Shown here: positions 1-10,153 of the stretch, piece after piece | Numbering within the stretch: the stretch's first letter is position 1 | Layout of the letters: each line of letters starts with the position of its first letter | Origin: an uncultured Collinsella sp. | GTDB lineage: Bacteria; Actinomycetota; Coriobacteriia; Coriobacteriales; Coriobacteriaceae | Direction of reading: 5' to 3' | DNA length: 48,860 nucleotides | NCBI GenBank assembly: GCA_958419975.1 | Contig: CATZIG010000001.1 | Coordinates: 1-48,860 of the forward strand | Position numbers and translations under genes: made by a program | Notes under the pieces: generated by a model | Database searches by the model: none | Told to the model about the DNA's origin: nothing | Seen by the model: the letters and a program-made list of their open reading frames with translations, nothing else

Positions 1-1262
1 GCGCGCGCCCGGAGCACCTTCTCCATGTGCTGGTCGACAAAGTCGATGCGCTCGTGATCGGCGACGATGCCGTTTGCGTCGGGCTCGGGGTCCTTGTGGC
101 CCAGGCCGTTTTCGGTGATATAGATGACGGGGAGGTTGGGATAGGTGGCGCTGATGTGCTTGAGCGTGTCGTAGAGGCCTTGCGGGTAGATGAGCCAATC
201 CCAGTCGGTGGTGGGGATACCCGGCATATCGACCTGCTGCCCGACGCCCTTAAACTTAAAGCACGAGGTGCCCTTGTCTCCGGTGCCGTTAAAGCTGTTG
301 GTGGACTCGCCATCGTAGGCGGCGATAAACGCCGACTGATAGTAGTTGAGGCCGAACATATCGTTGCGGGGCGCCGCCTTGGCGAGCTCCTCCATGTCGC
401 TGTCCTCAACCGTAAGCGTGGCGTTGTTGGCACGCAGAATCTCGTTGATGAGTGAGAGGGTGCGCGCGGAGTAGTGACCCAGGAAGGCGCCGTCCATGAT
501 GAAGTCGGTGTAGAAGGCGTTGTACAGGTCGGCGGCGTGCTGGTCGGCGGGCGAGTCTGTGGCAGGATATGCCGGCGTCAGGACGTTGACCATGCCAATG
601 CGTCCGCCCAGGTGCTCGGTCTCGTCAAGATCCTTATACAGGTTGACGGCGCGGGCGTGGGCAACGAGCTCGTTGTGCTGGCTCTGGATGCCGCTCGTCA
701 CATCAAAGTGATGGTTGGGCGGGAAGTTGCCTTGGATGTATTGGGAGTGCGAGAGGCTGATGAGCTCGTTGATGGTGAACCAATTCTTGACCTCGCGGAA
801 CTCGCGGAAGCAGAACTCGGCATAGCGCACATAGGCGTCGACGGTCTTGCGGTTGAGCCAGTCGCCCTGGTTGAACAGGGCGGCGGGGGAGTCAAAGTGA
901 TGCAGGGACACATAGGGCTCGACGCCATACTTTTTGCAGCAGGCGAACAGCTCGTGGTAGTGCTTAACGCCCTCGGCGAGGGGCTCGGCATCGTCGCCGT
1001 TGGGGAAGATGCGGGTCCAGGCGATGGACACACGGATGGCGTTGAGTCCATGCTCGGCAGAAAGGCGGATATCCTCCTCGTAGCGGTTGTAGAAATCACT
1101 GGCCGGGTCGGGCAAAAAGCGACCCTGGGCGACAAGGTAATCGTCCCACATGGTCTTACCCTTGCCTGCCACCTTCGTGGAACCTTCCGTTTGGTACGCG
1201 GCGGTTGCGGCGCCCCAAACAAAGCCCTTCGGCAGCTGCTGTACGCGGTTTAGCAAAGACAT
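1..1262 (-). CDS. GH1 6-phospho-beta-galactosidase-like paralog, 3' end outside the window
   Basis: Not in the ORF track because it runs off the edge. Manual translation from ATG 1262 (alternative 1268) gives MSLLNRVQQLPKGFVWGAATAAYQTEG, later LHHFD, WFTINE acid/base motif and PGIPTTDWDWLIYP. Clearly similar to 2909..4348. Confidence 0.85.
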   Translation of the reverse strand, partial: MSLLNRVQQLPKGFVWGAATAAYQTEGSTKVAGKGKTMWDDYLVAQGRFLPDPASDFYNRYEEDIRLSAEHGLNAIRVSIAWTRIFPNGDDAEPLAEGVKHYHELFACCKKYGVEPYVSLHHFDSPAALFNQGDWLNRKTVDAYVRYAEFCFREFREVKNWFTINELISLSHSQYIQGNFPPNHHFDVTSGIQSQHNELVAHARAVNLYKDLDETEHLGGRIGMVNVLTPAYPATDSPADQHAADLYNAFYTDFIMDGAFLGHYSARTLSLINEILRANNATLTVEDSDMEELAKAAPRNDMFGLNYYQSAFIAAYDGESTNSFNGTGDKGTSCFKFKGVGQQVDMPGIPTTDWDWLIYPQGLYDTLKHISATYPNLPVIYITENGLGHKDPEPDANGIVADHERIDFVDQHMEKVLRAR

Positions 1263-1382
1263 ATGCATACACCCTCTCGTCTCGCTGTTCGATATTGTGC
1301 GTTTGCGCTCAGGAGGCTCCTTGGTTAGCGTTCAGCGGTGAAAAAGCCCGATAAACACTATCTTAAAATGATTAGAACCAAA

Positions 1383-1420
1383 ATGAGCACGTGAACATTT
1401 GACAATGAGCACGTTAACAT
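1383..1420. promoter_or_regulatory. Tandem LacI-type operators ATGAGCACGT(G/T)AACAT at 1383-1398 and 1405-1420, with a weaker third copy at 1537-1552
   Basis: Repeated CG-centred pseudo-palindrome between the divergent GH1 and LacI genes. Confidence 0.7.
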
Positions 1421-1612
1421 CCGGCTGGGATGTATAGAAACAAAACAACTTCAAACAGCCGCGAACGGTTGTATTTGTTCGGTAAGCGGTTTTGATTGAC
1501 AGAAGTTTTCATGTTGTGGTATATGGCTCGGGTATCATGAGCACGTTATCGATGTATGTACGATGCGCCATGGGCGCGGGGAATAGTTGGGAAGCAGGTT
1601 AGCGTGGAAGGC

Positions 1613-2641
1613 ATGGCTCAGCAGACAAGGAATGGTCATTCGGCGAGCGCGGCAGAGGTTGCGGCGCTCGCTGGCGTGAGCCGCCAGACTGTGTCTCGCG
1701 TGGTCAACGGTATGCCCAACGTGACGGAAAAGATGCGCAAGCGTGTGCTGGCCGCCATGGAAGAGCTGGGCTTTCGTCCCAATTTTGCTGGAGCGGCGTT
1801 GCGCGGCGGGTCGTATCGTTCTATTGGCCTGTGCATGCACAACATCACACGTGTCGGTAACCTGGCGACGCTCGAGGGTATCATGCAAGCGGCGCGCGAG
1901 CACGATTTTTCCGTCACTATGATCGAGATGGGCGGCGACAAGCCCTATACACTTGCCGATGCCTCGCGCCGCATGGTCGAGCGACCCGTCGACGGCCTGA
2001 TTCTCAACATGAACCGCATGGCTCCCGATTTTGAGGAGTTTGTTCCCCAGCCGGGAGTGCGAACGGTCATCCTGTCCATGTATGCGCATCCGCGCTGCAC
2101 GACGATCGACTCCGACCAGTATGGTTCGTGCGAGCTGTTGACCAATTATCTGCTGGAACATGGTCACTCGAATATGCGGTTTGTGGCGGGTCCGGAAAAC
2201 TCGATTTCCTCGCGTTTTCGTGAGGCCGGTTGGCGCGATACGCTGGGTCGTGCTCATGTCGATGCCGCTCCGATGCTGCGTGGCGATTGGAGTGCGGACA
2301 GTGGGTACGCCATGGGCGAGCGGATTGCGGCCGAGGTGCTTGCCGGCGGGTCGCAGGCGCCGACTGCCGTGCTTGCGGCAAATGACCAGATGGCGCTGGG
2401 CGTTATCGCCGCGCTCGAGAACGCGGGCCTGTCCGTGCCCGACGACGTGAGCGTGGTTGGTATCGACGACGCACTCGAGGGACTTGTTCCTCACAATCGA
2501 CTGACGACGCTGCGATTTGATTTGCGCGGTGTCGGTAAGCTTGCGTTTGAGGCGGCGATTGGAGAGAGCTCGTCTATCGAGGCGATTCATGTGCCGAGTA
2601 CGCTGGTCGAACGCTCGACTGTTAGGGACATACGGGGTTAG
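1613..2641 (+). CDS. LacI-family transcriptional regulator
   Basis: HTH AEVAALAGVSRQTVSRVVN, hinge LGFRPNFAG, ANDQMALG and VPDDVSVVG motifs. ATG 1613 follows GGAAGG. Confidence 0.92.
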   Translation: MAQQTRNGHSASAAEVAALAGVSRQTVSRVVNGMPNVTEKMRKRVLAAMEELGFRPNFAGAALRGGSYRSIGLCMHNITRVGNLATLEGIMQAAREHDFSVTMIEMGGDKPYTLADASRRMVERPVDGLILNMNRMAPDFEEFVPQPGVRTVILSMYAHPRCTTIDSDQYGSCELLTNYLLEHGHSNMRFVAGPENSISSRFREAGWRDTLGRAHVDAAPMLRGDWSADSGYAMGERIAAEVLAGGSQAPTAVLAANDQMALGVIAALENAGLSVPDDVSVVGIDDALEGLVPHNRLTTLRFDLRGVGKLAFEAAIGESSSIEAIHVPSTLVERSTVRDIRG

Positions 2642-2649
2642 GTCCTACT

Positions 2650-2799
2650 CCGTTTGTCTCGATTTGTAACAGGTAGACGGTCAAAAGCGGGCTACGTGTT
2701 ACAGATTTAGATTCTTCGGAAAGAGCAATCCTGTTCGTCTCAATCTGTAACAGCTAGGACCAAAAAACTCGGCTAGATGTTACAGATCGAGACAAACGG
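2650..2799. repeat. Cluster of four alternately oriented ~22-bp REP/BIME-like units
   Basis: CCGTTTGTCTCGATTTGTAACA (2650-2671) matches the reverse complement of 2778-2799 at 21/22. Degenerate inner copies near 2697 and 2732. Confidence 0.75.
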
Positions 2800-2908
2800 C
2801 TCCCGACCAGCCCAAAAACAAAAAGACCGGGGCCGGCGCGCCGTGTGACGTGCCGCCCCCGGCTGAGAAATGGGGACAGGTTGTGTGAGCGGGCAACCCC
2901 GCCAGCCA

Positions 2909-4348
2909 CTAGTCCAGACGACGGGTCTGCGCCACGTGCTTGTACCAGTAGGCGCTTGCCTTGGGCGTGCGCTTCTGGGTTTCAAAGTCAACGTAAAAGA
3001 AGCCGTAACGCTTGTTGTAGCCATTGGTCCAGGAGAACTGATCCTGCAGGCTCCACAGGAAGTAGCCGCCCACGTTGACGCCCACCTCCATGGCCTTGAG
3101 CAGCCAACGCAGGTGCTGCTCGATGTAGTCGATGCGCGGCTGGTCGTCCACAAAACCGTTCTTGTAGGGGTCCTTGTAGCCCATGCCGTTCTCGGTGATG
3201 AAGATCTGCTTGTAGTTGGGGTAGCGCTGCTTAATGTAGACGAGCAGATCGAACAGACCCTCGGGATAGATGATCCAGTCCCAGTCGGTGGTGGGGATGC
3301 CGGGCTTGTTCACATGCTCGCCAATGCCCTTGACGCGCCAGCGACCGGTGCCCTTCTCGCCCGTACCGTTGTGGTGCAGGTCGTTCTCGCCATCGTAAGC
3401 CTTCAAAAAACGGCACTGATAGTTGTTAACGCCCAGGTAGTCGTTGTAGAGCGCTGCCTCGCGCATAATCTCGAGGTCCTCGTCCAAGATCTCGATGGTG
3501 CCGCCCGAGACGGCAGCCAGGCGGTTGGCGCACTCGAGGGTGTCGGGGGCATACTCGCCGCGGAACGTCGCGTCGAGCAAAAACTGGTTTTGCAGCACGT
3601 GCTCGTTGTTGGCGGCTTTGATGTCGGCGGGGTCGTTCTCGTTGAGCGGGTACTTAAACTCCAGCGACTGGATGACGCCGATTTTGCCCTTAAAGCCGCC
3701 GTTGTGGAAGGCCAGCACGGCCTTGGCGTGGGCGAGCATCATGTTGTGCTCGCACTGGAAGGCCTCGGCCAGATGCGCCTTGACGCCACCGGGGAAGGTG
3801 CCCTCGATGTAGGTGTTGGAGGCGTCGGCCCAGATCTCGTTAAAGGTGAACCAGTAGGTCACCTGGTCGGCGTACTCCTTAAAGCAGAAGGTGGCAAAGT
3901 CCACAAAGGCGTCGATGGTCTCGCGGTTGAGGAAGTCGCCCTTCTCAAAGAGGGGAAGCGGCGTGTCAAAGTGATGCAGCGTGACGAACGGCTCAACGTG
4001 GTGCTTGTGGCACTCGGCGAAGAGATCGTGGTAGAACTGGACGCCCTCGGGGTTGATTTCGCCGGTGCCGTTGGGGAAGATGCGGCTCCAGGCGATGGAG
4101 AGGCGAATGCCGTTGATGCCGAACTCCTCGCACAGCTCCAGGTCGACGGGGTACTGGTTGTAGAAGTCCGAAGCGGGGTCGGGGGAGAAGCGCCCCTGGG
4201 CCTCCAGAAAGTCGTCCCAGGCAACCTTGCCCTTACCGTGAGTGCGGGTCTCGCCCTCTACCTGGTAGGCAGCGGTGGCGCCGCCAAAGACAAAGTCCTC
4301 GGGAAACTGCGCGGGCGGGTTGGTGACGCTAGCAGGATTAACGGACAT
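2909..4348 (-). CDS. lacG: 6-phospho-beta-galactosidase (GH1)
   Basis: FVFGGATAAYQVEG, TFNE and ITENG catalytic motifs. Directly downstream of the lactose PTS EIICB. Confidence 0.92.
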   Translation of the reverse strand: MSVNPASVTNPPAQFPEDFVFGGATAAYQVEGETRTHGKGKVAWDDFLEAQGRFSPDPASDFYNQYPVDLELCEEFGINGIRLSIAWSRIFPNGTGEINPEGVQFYHDLFAECHKHHVEPFVTLHHFDTPLPLFEKGDFLNRETIDAFVDFATFCFKEYADQVTYWFTFNEIWADASNTYIEGTFPGGVKAHLAEAFQCEHNMMLAHAKAVLAFHNGGFKGKIGVIQSLEFKYPLNENDPADIKAANNEHVLQNQFLLDATFRGEYAPDTLECANRLAAVSGGTIEILDEDLEIMREAALYNDYLGVNNYQCRFLKAYDGENDLHHNGTGEKGTGRWRVKGIGEHVNKPGIPTTDWDWIIYPEGLFDLLVYIKQRYPNYKQIFITENGMGYKDPYKNGFVDDQPRIDYIEQHLRWLLKAMEVGVNVGGYFLWSLQDQFSWTNGYNKRYGFFYVDFETQKRTPKASAYWYKHVAQTRRLD

Positions 4349-4371
4349 GATGATCCAATCGTCTAAATCGA

Positions 4372-4405
4372 AGGGCCAGCCGGTCTTGGATGGTCGGCTG
4401 GCCCT
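4372..4405. other. Intercistronic stem-loop between lacE and lacG
   Basis: AGGGCCAGCCG...TCGGCTGGCCCT inverted repeat. Confidence 0.55.
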
Positions 4406-4414
4406 GAGCGTTAC

Positions 4415-6190
4415 TTACTTCGAGAGTTGCTCGGAGACGAAGGCGAGAGACTTATCGCCGTTCTGGGAGAGCTCGATGTACTGCTTGCCACGGCAGGCGA
4501 CGCACTTGTTGCCCACGCGCTCACAGTCCTTCTGCAGGTCGGCCAGGTAGCTTGCGGCCTGCGGGGCCAGGACGACCAGGTCAAAGTCGGGGAGCATGTC
4601 CACGTGGTTGCCATAGGCCTCGGCAGCGGTCTCGAGGTTAATGCCGCGCTCCTTGGCGGCCTTGGCCAGCGCGTTGGCGAGCAGGCCCGAGGTTCCGCCG
4701 CCCTGGCAGAGCACGAGCACGCGCTTGCCGTTGAGGTCGCTGGCGGTCGTTGTCTCGGCAGCGGGTGCTGCGGAAGCGGCGGGGGAGTCGGCCTTCACGG
4801 CCTCGGCAGCAGCGCCGGCGGCAACGCTCTTGGCGTCAGCCTTGCCCTGGAAGGCATCGTTGAGCTTGGCGGCCTTCTCGGCGTTCTTGGCGGCGAGCTC
4901 CTCCTGGGAGATCTCGGCCTCCTCGGCGCACTTCTGGGCGTCATAGGCACGGAAGAACGGGTAGTACAGAACGAAGTCGACGACCAGGATAAGGGCGAGC
5001 ATCACAAAAGCGAGCGGCTGGAAGCCCAGGCCCATGATGGTGCCGATGGGGCCGGGGACGGTCCAAGGCAGGGTGTACATAAAGCCGTTCATGCCCAAGA
5101 AGTCGATAAAGATCTTGAGGATCCAGATGTTGGCGATCGGGGCAAAGACAAACGGGACAAAGAAGACGGGGTTGAGCACGATGGGCGCGGCGAACAGCAG
5201 CGGCTCGTTGACGGCAAAGCAGACGGGGACGATGGCGGCCTTACCGACGGCGCGCATCTCCTGAGACTTGGCCAGGAAGCAGAACATAAAGACCAGGACG
5301 AGCGTGGCGCCGGTGCCGCCCATGCAGACGACGAAGTACTGGGCACCCTGGGTCAGGACAGCGGAAGCGTGCTGGCCGGCCTGGAACGCAGCCAGGTTGT
5401 CGGTCATGTTGGCAACGAGGGCGGCGGCGATGGCGGGCTCGACGATCGAGGGGCCGTGGACGCCCACGAACCAGAAGAGGCTCATAGCGCCGTAGATCAC
5501 AGCGAGGCCGATGTAGCCGTCGGCAGCGGTGAACAGGGGCTGGAACACCTGGATGACGCCCTGGGCAAAGCAGAAGCCAAAAGCAGCGCGGAAGGCTATG
5601 TCAAAGACCCAAAAGACGGTGATGCAGACGGAGAAGGGGATGATGTCCTTAAAGGTCTGCGAGATGTTGGGCGGAACCTGCTCGGGCATCTTGACGGTGA
5701 TGTTGCGCTTAATGAAGAACTTGTAGATGATGCCGGTCACAAACGCAGCGATAAAGGCGGTCAGCAGGCCTTTGGAACCAAGGTAGGTGGTGTTGAAGCC
5801 GCTGGCAGCGTCCGTGGCGATCGTGTCGCTCGAAAGGAGCAAGAAGCCGATGATGGCCGCGCACATGCACGAGATGAAGTTGATCTGGTTGTTCTTGGGC
5901 AGATCGCGGTTCTGAGCGTCGGCGAAGTGCTTGGCCGTGGTGGCGGCACAGGCGATGGCCAGGATGCCCATGGAGTAGTTGTAGCACTTCCATAGGGCGT
6001 TGTTGATGTCATCGGGCCAGTAGAAACCCCAGATATTGGGAACCGAGGCTACCAGGCAGAAGATGGACGAGAAGATAATGATGGGGATGACGGAGATAAA
6101 ACCGTCGCGGATCGCCTTGAGGTACTTGTTGCGGGCGATCGCGTTGAAAAAGGGCTGCCCCTTTTCGATGATGGCGATGAGTTGCTCCAT
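4415..6190 (-). CDS. lacE: PTS lactose-specific EIICB component
   Basis: NKYLKAIRDGF start, FWFVGVHG and NEPLLF motifs, Ala-rich linker, C-terminal EIIB VLVLCQGGGTSGLLANAL. Confidence 0.93.
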   Translation of the reverse strand: MEQLIAIIEKGQPFFNAIARNKYLKAIRDGFISVIPIIIFSSIFCLVASVPNIWGFYWPDDINNALWKCYNYSMGILAIACAATTAKHFADAQNRDLPKNNQINFISCMCAAIIGFLLLSSDTIATDAASGFNTTYLGSKGLLTAFIAAFVTGIIYKFFIKRNITVKMPEQVPPNISQTFKDIIPFSVCITVFWVFDIAFRAAFGFCFAQGVIQVFQPLFTAADGYIGLAVIYGAMSLFWFVGVHGPSIVEPAIAAALVANMTDNLAAFQAGQHASAVLTQGAQYFVVCMGGTGATLVLVFMFCFLAKSQEMRAVGKAAIVPVCFAVNEPLLFAAPIVLNPVFFVPFVFAPIANIWILKIFIDFLGMNGFMYTLPWTVPGPIGTIMGLGFQPLAFVMLALILVVDFVLYYPFFRAYDAQKCAEEAEISQEELAAKNAEKAAKLNDAFQGKADAKSVAAGAAAEAVKADSPAASAAPAAETTTASDLNGKRVLVLCQGGGTSGLLANALAKAAKERGINLETAAEAYGNHVDMLPDFDLVVLAPQAASYLADLQKDCERVGNKCVACRGKQYIELSQNGDKSLAFVSEQLSK

Positions 6191-6252
6191 GCAAAGCTCC
6201 TAAGAGTCGGTGGGTTGGCAACGATGGTAGCTTTTGACGTTTGGTTGCCAAA

Positions 6253-6533
6253 ATGTTGACGTTGCCATTTTGCGACACAAAATAAGACGCGAACCGATGG
6301 CCCCTGTGCCTGTGGACCGTCGATTCCTTGCGCGTAAACGTTTGAGCCGCCCGGTGGCTCTGTGTTTGCACAATGGCAACGTTAACATTTGGTCGACAAA
6401 AGCTGTTCGGGGAAGCAAAAATGTCGGTGAACGGTAGGTTTTGGGTGGTGAGCGTATGGTGGGGGAGGCGTTGGATATACTTGAAGGCGTTAAAAATGAC
6501 TGCGTAGGGTGTCACCAATGGCATCGTTGACAT
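6253..6533. promoter_or_regulatory. Three LacI-type operators ATGGCA(A/T)CGT(T/C)(A/G)ACAT at 6253-6268 (reverse), 6373-6388 and 6518-6533
   Basis: Three near-identical 16-mers in the divergent lacE/LacI intergenic region. Confidence 0.72.
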
Positions 6534-6547
6534 AGAAAGATCGAACT

Positions 6548-7552
6548 ATGGCCGCTGTTAAAAAATCGGTATCCGTTAAGGATGTGGCGCGTCTCGCGGG
6601 CGTCTCGGAACAGACGGTCTCGCGCACCGTTCACGATTCGCCCAGCGTGCGCCCCGAGACCAAGGAGCGCGTGCGTGCCGCCATGCGCGAGCTGGGGTAT
6701 CGCCCCAATTTTGCCGGTCGATCGCTGCGTCGCGGTAAGTTTAAGACCGTCGGCGTCGCCATGTTCAATATTACCGGCACCGGCAACCTCGACCGTATGG
6801 AGGGCTTTGCCGCCGCCGCCGATAAGCACGGCTATGCCATCACTCTCACTAAAGTAGACGGGCATCCGTATACCCTCGAGGGCGCATCGTCGCGCATGAG
6901 CGCACTGCCGGTGGACGGCATGGTTGTGATTATGAACCGCATGCCGGCGGACTTTGGCACCTTTGAGCCGCTGCCCGGTATGCAGACGGTGCTCGTTACC
7001 ATGCTGGAGCACCCGCTCTGTTCAACGGTCGATAACGACCAGTTCGATTGCTCGCGCCAAGTGGTCGAGTACTTGCTGGGGCAGGGGCACAAGACCGTGC
7101 ACTTTATCTCGTGTCCCGAGCGCTCGCTTTCGGGCATGCGGCGCGAGGAAGGCTGGCGCGAGACATTGCGTGCGCATGGCATCGAGCCACCGCAGCTCGT
7201 GCGCGGCGACTGGACAGCGCAGAGTGGATATGCTGCCGGTCAGGCTCTGGCGGACGATCCGACCTGTACGGCCATTTATGCTTCCAACGATGCCATGGCA
7301 TATGGCTGCATCCGTGGGCTCGAGTCGCGCGGGAAGCGCGTGCCCCAGGACGTAAGCGTGGTGGGTGTTGACGATAGTTTGGGCGATATCGTGCCCGATC
7401 GTCGCCTGACCACGGTGCGCTTTGACAACAAACGCGTCGGCATGTGGGCGGTCGACAAGATTGCCGGCGCCGAGGGCGCTGCACCCGGTGTGGAGCACAT
7501 GCTGTTTCCGGGCGTGCTCGTCGAGGGCGATACGGTGCGCGATGTACGCTAG
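6548..7552 (+). CDS. LacI-family transcriptional regulator
   Basis: HTH VKDVARLAGVSEQTVSR, LGYRPNFAGRSL, sugar-binding domain. Confidence 0.93.
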   Translation: MAAVKKSVSVKDVARLAGVSEQTVSRTVHDSPSVRPETKERVRAAMRELGYRPNFAGRSLRRGKFKTVGVAMFNITGTGNLDRMEGFAAAADKHGYAITLTKVDGHPYTLEGASSRMSALPVDGMVVIMNRMPADFGTFEPLPGMQTVLVTMLEHPLCSTVDNDQFDCSRQVVEYLLGQGHKTVHFISCPERSLSGMRREEGWRETLRAHGIEPPQLVRGDWTAQSGYAAGQALADDPTCTAIYASNDAMAYGCIRGLESRGKRVPQDVSVVGVDDSLGDIVPDRRLTTVRFDNKRVGMWAVDKIAGAEGAAPGVEHMLFPGVLVEGDTVRDVR

Positions 7553-7766
7553 GGCGCGGGTCTGTTTGGGTTGCCGCTAATTGTGTTCGATATTGTTCAG
7601 ATTGGTTTAAAAACCGTTCACGGGCGAATAGTGACCGTTCATAGCTCAAAATTACGTTTTGCGCTGTTCTTTTTTGTTTGAATGTTATTGTTTCTGTCAT
7701 ACACAACGCAGCGCGTATGCCCGGACGCGATGCTCTCCGTTGGTTCATATGTGAAAGGAACGCAAT

Positions 7767-8105
7767 ATGGCAACCAAAGAAGAAATCTCGATGGTTGGAT
7801 TCGAGATTGTCGCATACGCAGGTGACGCCCAGACCGATCTGCTTGCAGCGCTCGATGCTGCTCGCGAGGGTGACTTTGAGAAGGCCGAGCAGCTGCACAA
7901 GGATGCCAGCGATGCGCTCATCGGTGCCCACGACACGCAGACCAAGCTGCTTTCGCAGGAGGCCGGCGGTGGCGAGATGGAGATGACCTTCATCATGGCT
8001 CACGCTCAGGATACCCTCATGACCACTATGATCCTGGAGAAGCAGGCCCGCTTTACCATCGATGCCTACAAGCGCATTGCCGAGCTCGAGGCCAAGCTCG
8101 CCTAA
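7767..8105 (+). CDS. lacF: PTS lactose/cellobiose-specific EIIA
   Basis: GFEIVAYAGDA, AHDTQTKLL and AHAQDTLMT (phospho-His) motifs. SD GAAAGGA. Confidence 0.9.
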   Translation: MATKEEISMVGFEIVAYAGDAQTDLLAALDAAREGDFEKAEQLHKDASDALIGAHDTQTKLLSQEAGGGEMEMTFIMAHAQDTLMTTMILEKQARFTIDAYKRIAELEAKLA

Positions 8106-8132
8106 CGAGCCCTCACAACCAAGCCCCTTTCC

Positions 8133-8167
8133 AAAAGCCCTGCCGCTACCCGCGGCAGGGCTTTTTT
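8133..8167 (+). terminator. Intrinsic terminator after lacF
   Basis: AAAAGCCCTGCCGC-tacc-cGCGGCAGGGCTTTTTT. Confidence 0.85.
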
Positions 8168-8331
8168 CTGTCCTCCTCCCCGCAACTCATCCCGAGATAG
8201 TCATTGGGGACGTTCTTAAACGACTAGTCATTGGGGACAGTCTTGGCGCGCTCCGTTCGTCCTCCCGTTCGATTTTTGCTCGGTGGGTATACTTCCTTTC
8301 GCATTAAACGCCGGACTGAGGAGGTATCCAA

Positions 8332-9354
8332 ATGCCGGATAACGGGTCAATACAAAAAAGAGACGCGCACGAGATGGCTCATGGGCGTCCTGTCCAGATA
8401 ACCGAGCACACGACGGTAACCGAGCTGCAGCCCAGTCTGTCCGATGTCGTGTGCGCAAACAAAAAGCTGCAGATTGGCTTTATCGCTGCGCTCGTGGTCC
8501 TGGCGCTGCTGTCGGGCTTTGTAGCTCGTCCGCATTTCGCCGATACCAAAACTTGGGACTCCACCATCGAGGTCATCGACCAAAAGAAGGGTAACGTACT
8601 GGCGCTCACGGCTTCATGCGTGGCGCTGTCTGCGGGCATTACCGCGCTGCCGGGTGATACGGGAACGCCGGTTGCCGAGCAGCTCGCGCAGCTTTCAGGC
8701 AACCTTGGTATCGTGCTTGCCGTGCTCTACCTAGAGAAATACCTGCTAACCATTTTGTGGTCGGTTGGCCTGGGCATCTTAATCCCGTTTGCGTTGGTGC
8801 TCTTTGCGGTGTCGCTCGGCATTCACGGGCGCTGGAGCACGAGCGCTGTCCTGCGCCGTGTGGCGACGCGCGTGCTGGTGGTTGCCGTGATCGGCATGGC
8901 GCTCGTGCCCGCGAGCGTATGGGTGTCGCAGAAGGTCGATGAAACGTATCGCGTAAGTATTGAGCAAGTCGAGCAAAAGGCTGCGGATGCGACCGACACC
9001 ACGGACAAGTCAGTCGAGACCAGCTCAAAATCGAACAAGAAAAAATCAGAGGCCACGGAGTCCAAAAACGTGCTCGAGCAGTTGACTGATGGGGCCTCGA
9101 GCCTGGTCACGTCGGTAACCAGTGGTGCCAAGCAGATGACCGACGAGATCGTGCACCAGGTGACCGACCTTATCGAAGGCGTCATCGTGATGATCGTGAC
9201 TTCGTGCGTTATCCCGCTGCTGGTGCTCGTGGCGTTTCTGTGGCTGGGCCACACCCTGCTGGGGATCGATATCTCCGGCCCGGCGAACTATTTGACGGGC
9301 CGCTTTCTGAGCGCTCCTTCCAAGCACGCCAAAAAGGGCGGGCAGTCCGAGTAG
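8332..9354 (+). CDS. Hypothetical multi-pass membrane protein
   Basis: About 5-6 hydrophobic segments and a Ser/Thr/Lys-rich loop. SD GAGGAGG before ATG. Confidence 0.8.
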   Translation: MPDNGSIQKRDAHEMAHGRPVQITEHTTVTELQPSLSDVVCANKKLQIGFIAALVVLALLSGFVARPHFADTKTWDSTIEVIDQKKGNVLALTASCVALSAGITALPGDTGTPVAEQLAQLSGNLGIVLAVLYLEKYLLTILWSVGLGILIPFALVLFAVSLGIHGRWSTSAVLRRVATRVLVVAVIGMALVPASVWVSQKVDETYRVSIEQVEQKAADATDTTDKSVETSSKSNKKKSEATESKNVLEQLTDGASSLVTSVTSGAKQMTDEIVHQVTDLIEGVIVMIVTSCVIPLLVLVAFLWLGHTLLGIDISGPANYLTGRFLSAPSKHAKKGGQSE

Positions 9355-9388
9355 CTAAAACAGCTGTATATACCGGGGAATACCGCCG

Positions 9389-9423
9389 AAGGGCGGCCGA
9401 GACACGTTCTCGGCCGCCCTTTT
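9389..9423 (+). terminator. Intrinsic terminator
   Basis: AAGGGCGGCCGAGA-cacgt-TCTCGGCCGCCCTTTT. Confidence 0.8.
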
Positions 9424-9661
9424 GTTTGTTGAACACATGGTCGCTGCGTCCGCGCCCGGCTCAAACGGTCAGCAATCACCTGTGAACGGTATTTGTTCAA
9501 AAAAGAACAAAGATAAACAAATAGTTGTTGCAGTTACTGTTCGAATGTGTTCAAATAAACATGAACAGTGAAGAACCGCACATTCAGATGCCCGGACCTG
9601 AACGCGATTCAACACTTCCAAACAGAAACTACGCACCTGCGTATCTCTCAAGGAGGATGTC

Positions 9662-10090
9662 ATGAGGGTTGTAATCGCTTCCGATGCCGACGGTATGTCG
9701 ATGAAGGAGTCCATCAAGGAGATGCTCATCGCCGACGGTCACGAGGTCGTCGACTATTCCGAGACCCCTGCCGCGGACTTTGTCGATTCCGCGACCGCCG
9801 TTGCCAAGGACCTGCTGGAGCACAAGGATTCCCAGGGCTTCGCATTCGATAAGTACGGCGTCGGCTCCTATATGGCCGCCGTCAAGATTAAGGGCATGGT
9901 CGTCGCCAACATTTCCGACGAGCGTTCCGCCTACATGACCCGCGAGCACAACGGCTCGCGCATGGTCACCATGGGCCCGGGCGTTGTGGGCACCGAGGTC
10001 GCCAAGAAGATCGCCCGCGAGTTCCTGCGCGCCCAGTACGCCGGCGGCCGTCACCAGATCCGTGTCGACATGCTCAACAAGATGGCCTAA
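9662..10090 (+). CDS. lacA: Galactose-6-phosphate isomerase subunit LacA
   Basis: RpiB/LacAB fold: DERSAYMTREHN, YAGGRHQIRVDMLNKM. SD AGGAGG. Confidence 0.93.
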   Translation: MRVVIASDADGMSMKESIKEMLIADGHEVVDYSETPAADFVDSATAVAKDLLEHKDSQGFAFDKYGVGSYMAAVKIKGMVVANISDERSAYMTREHNGSRMVTMGPGVVGTEVAKKIAREFLRAQYAGGRHQIRVDMLNKMA

Positions 10091-10153
10091 CGAGAGCCAC
10101 CGAGAACTCGAACTTCTACCTCAACTTGTGAATTCAGACGAAAGGACGTTCTG

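Noticed and set aside
2870..5995. Long antisense ORFs (2870..4366, 4427..5995; similarly 28810..30600, 30636..32378, 33899..35857)
   Set aside because: Shadow frames of high-GC3 genes on the opposite strand, with no motifs of their own.
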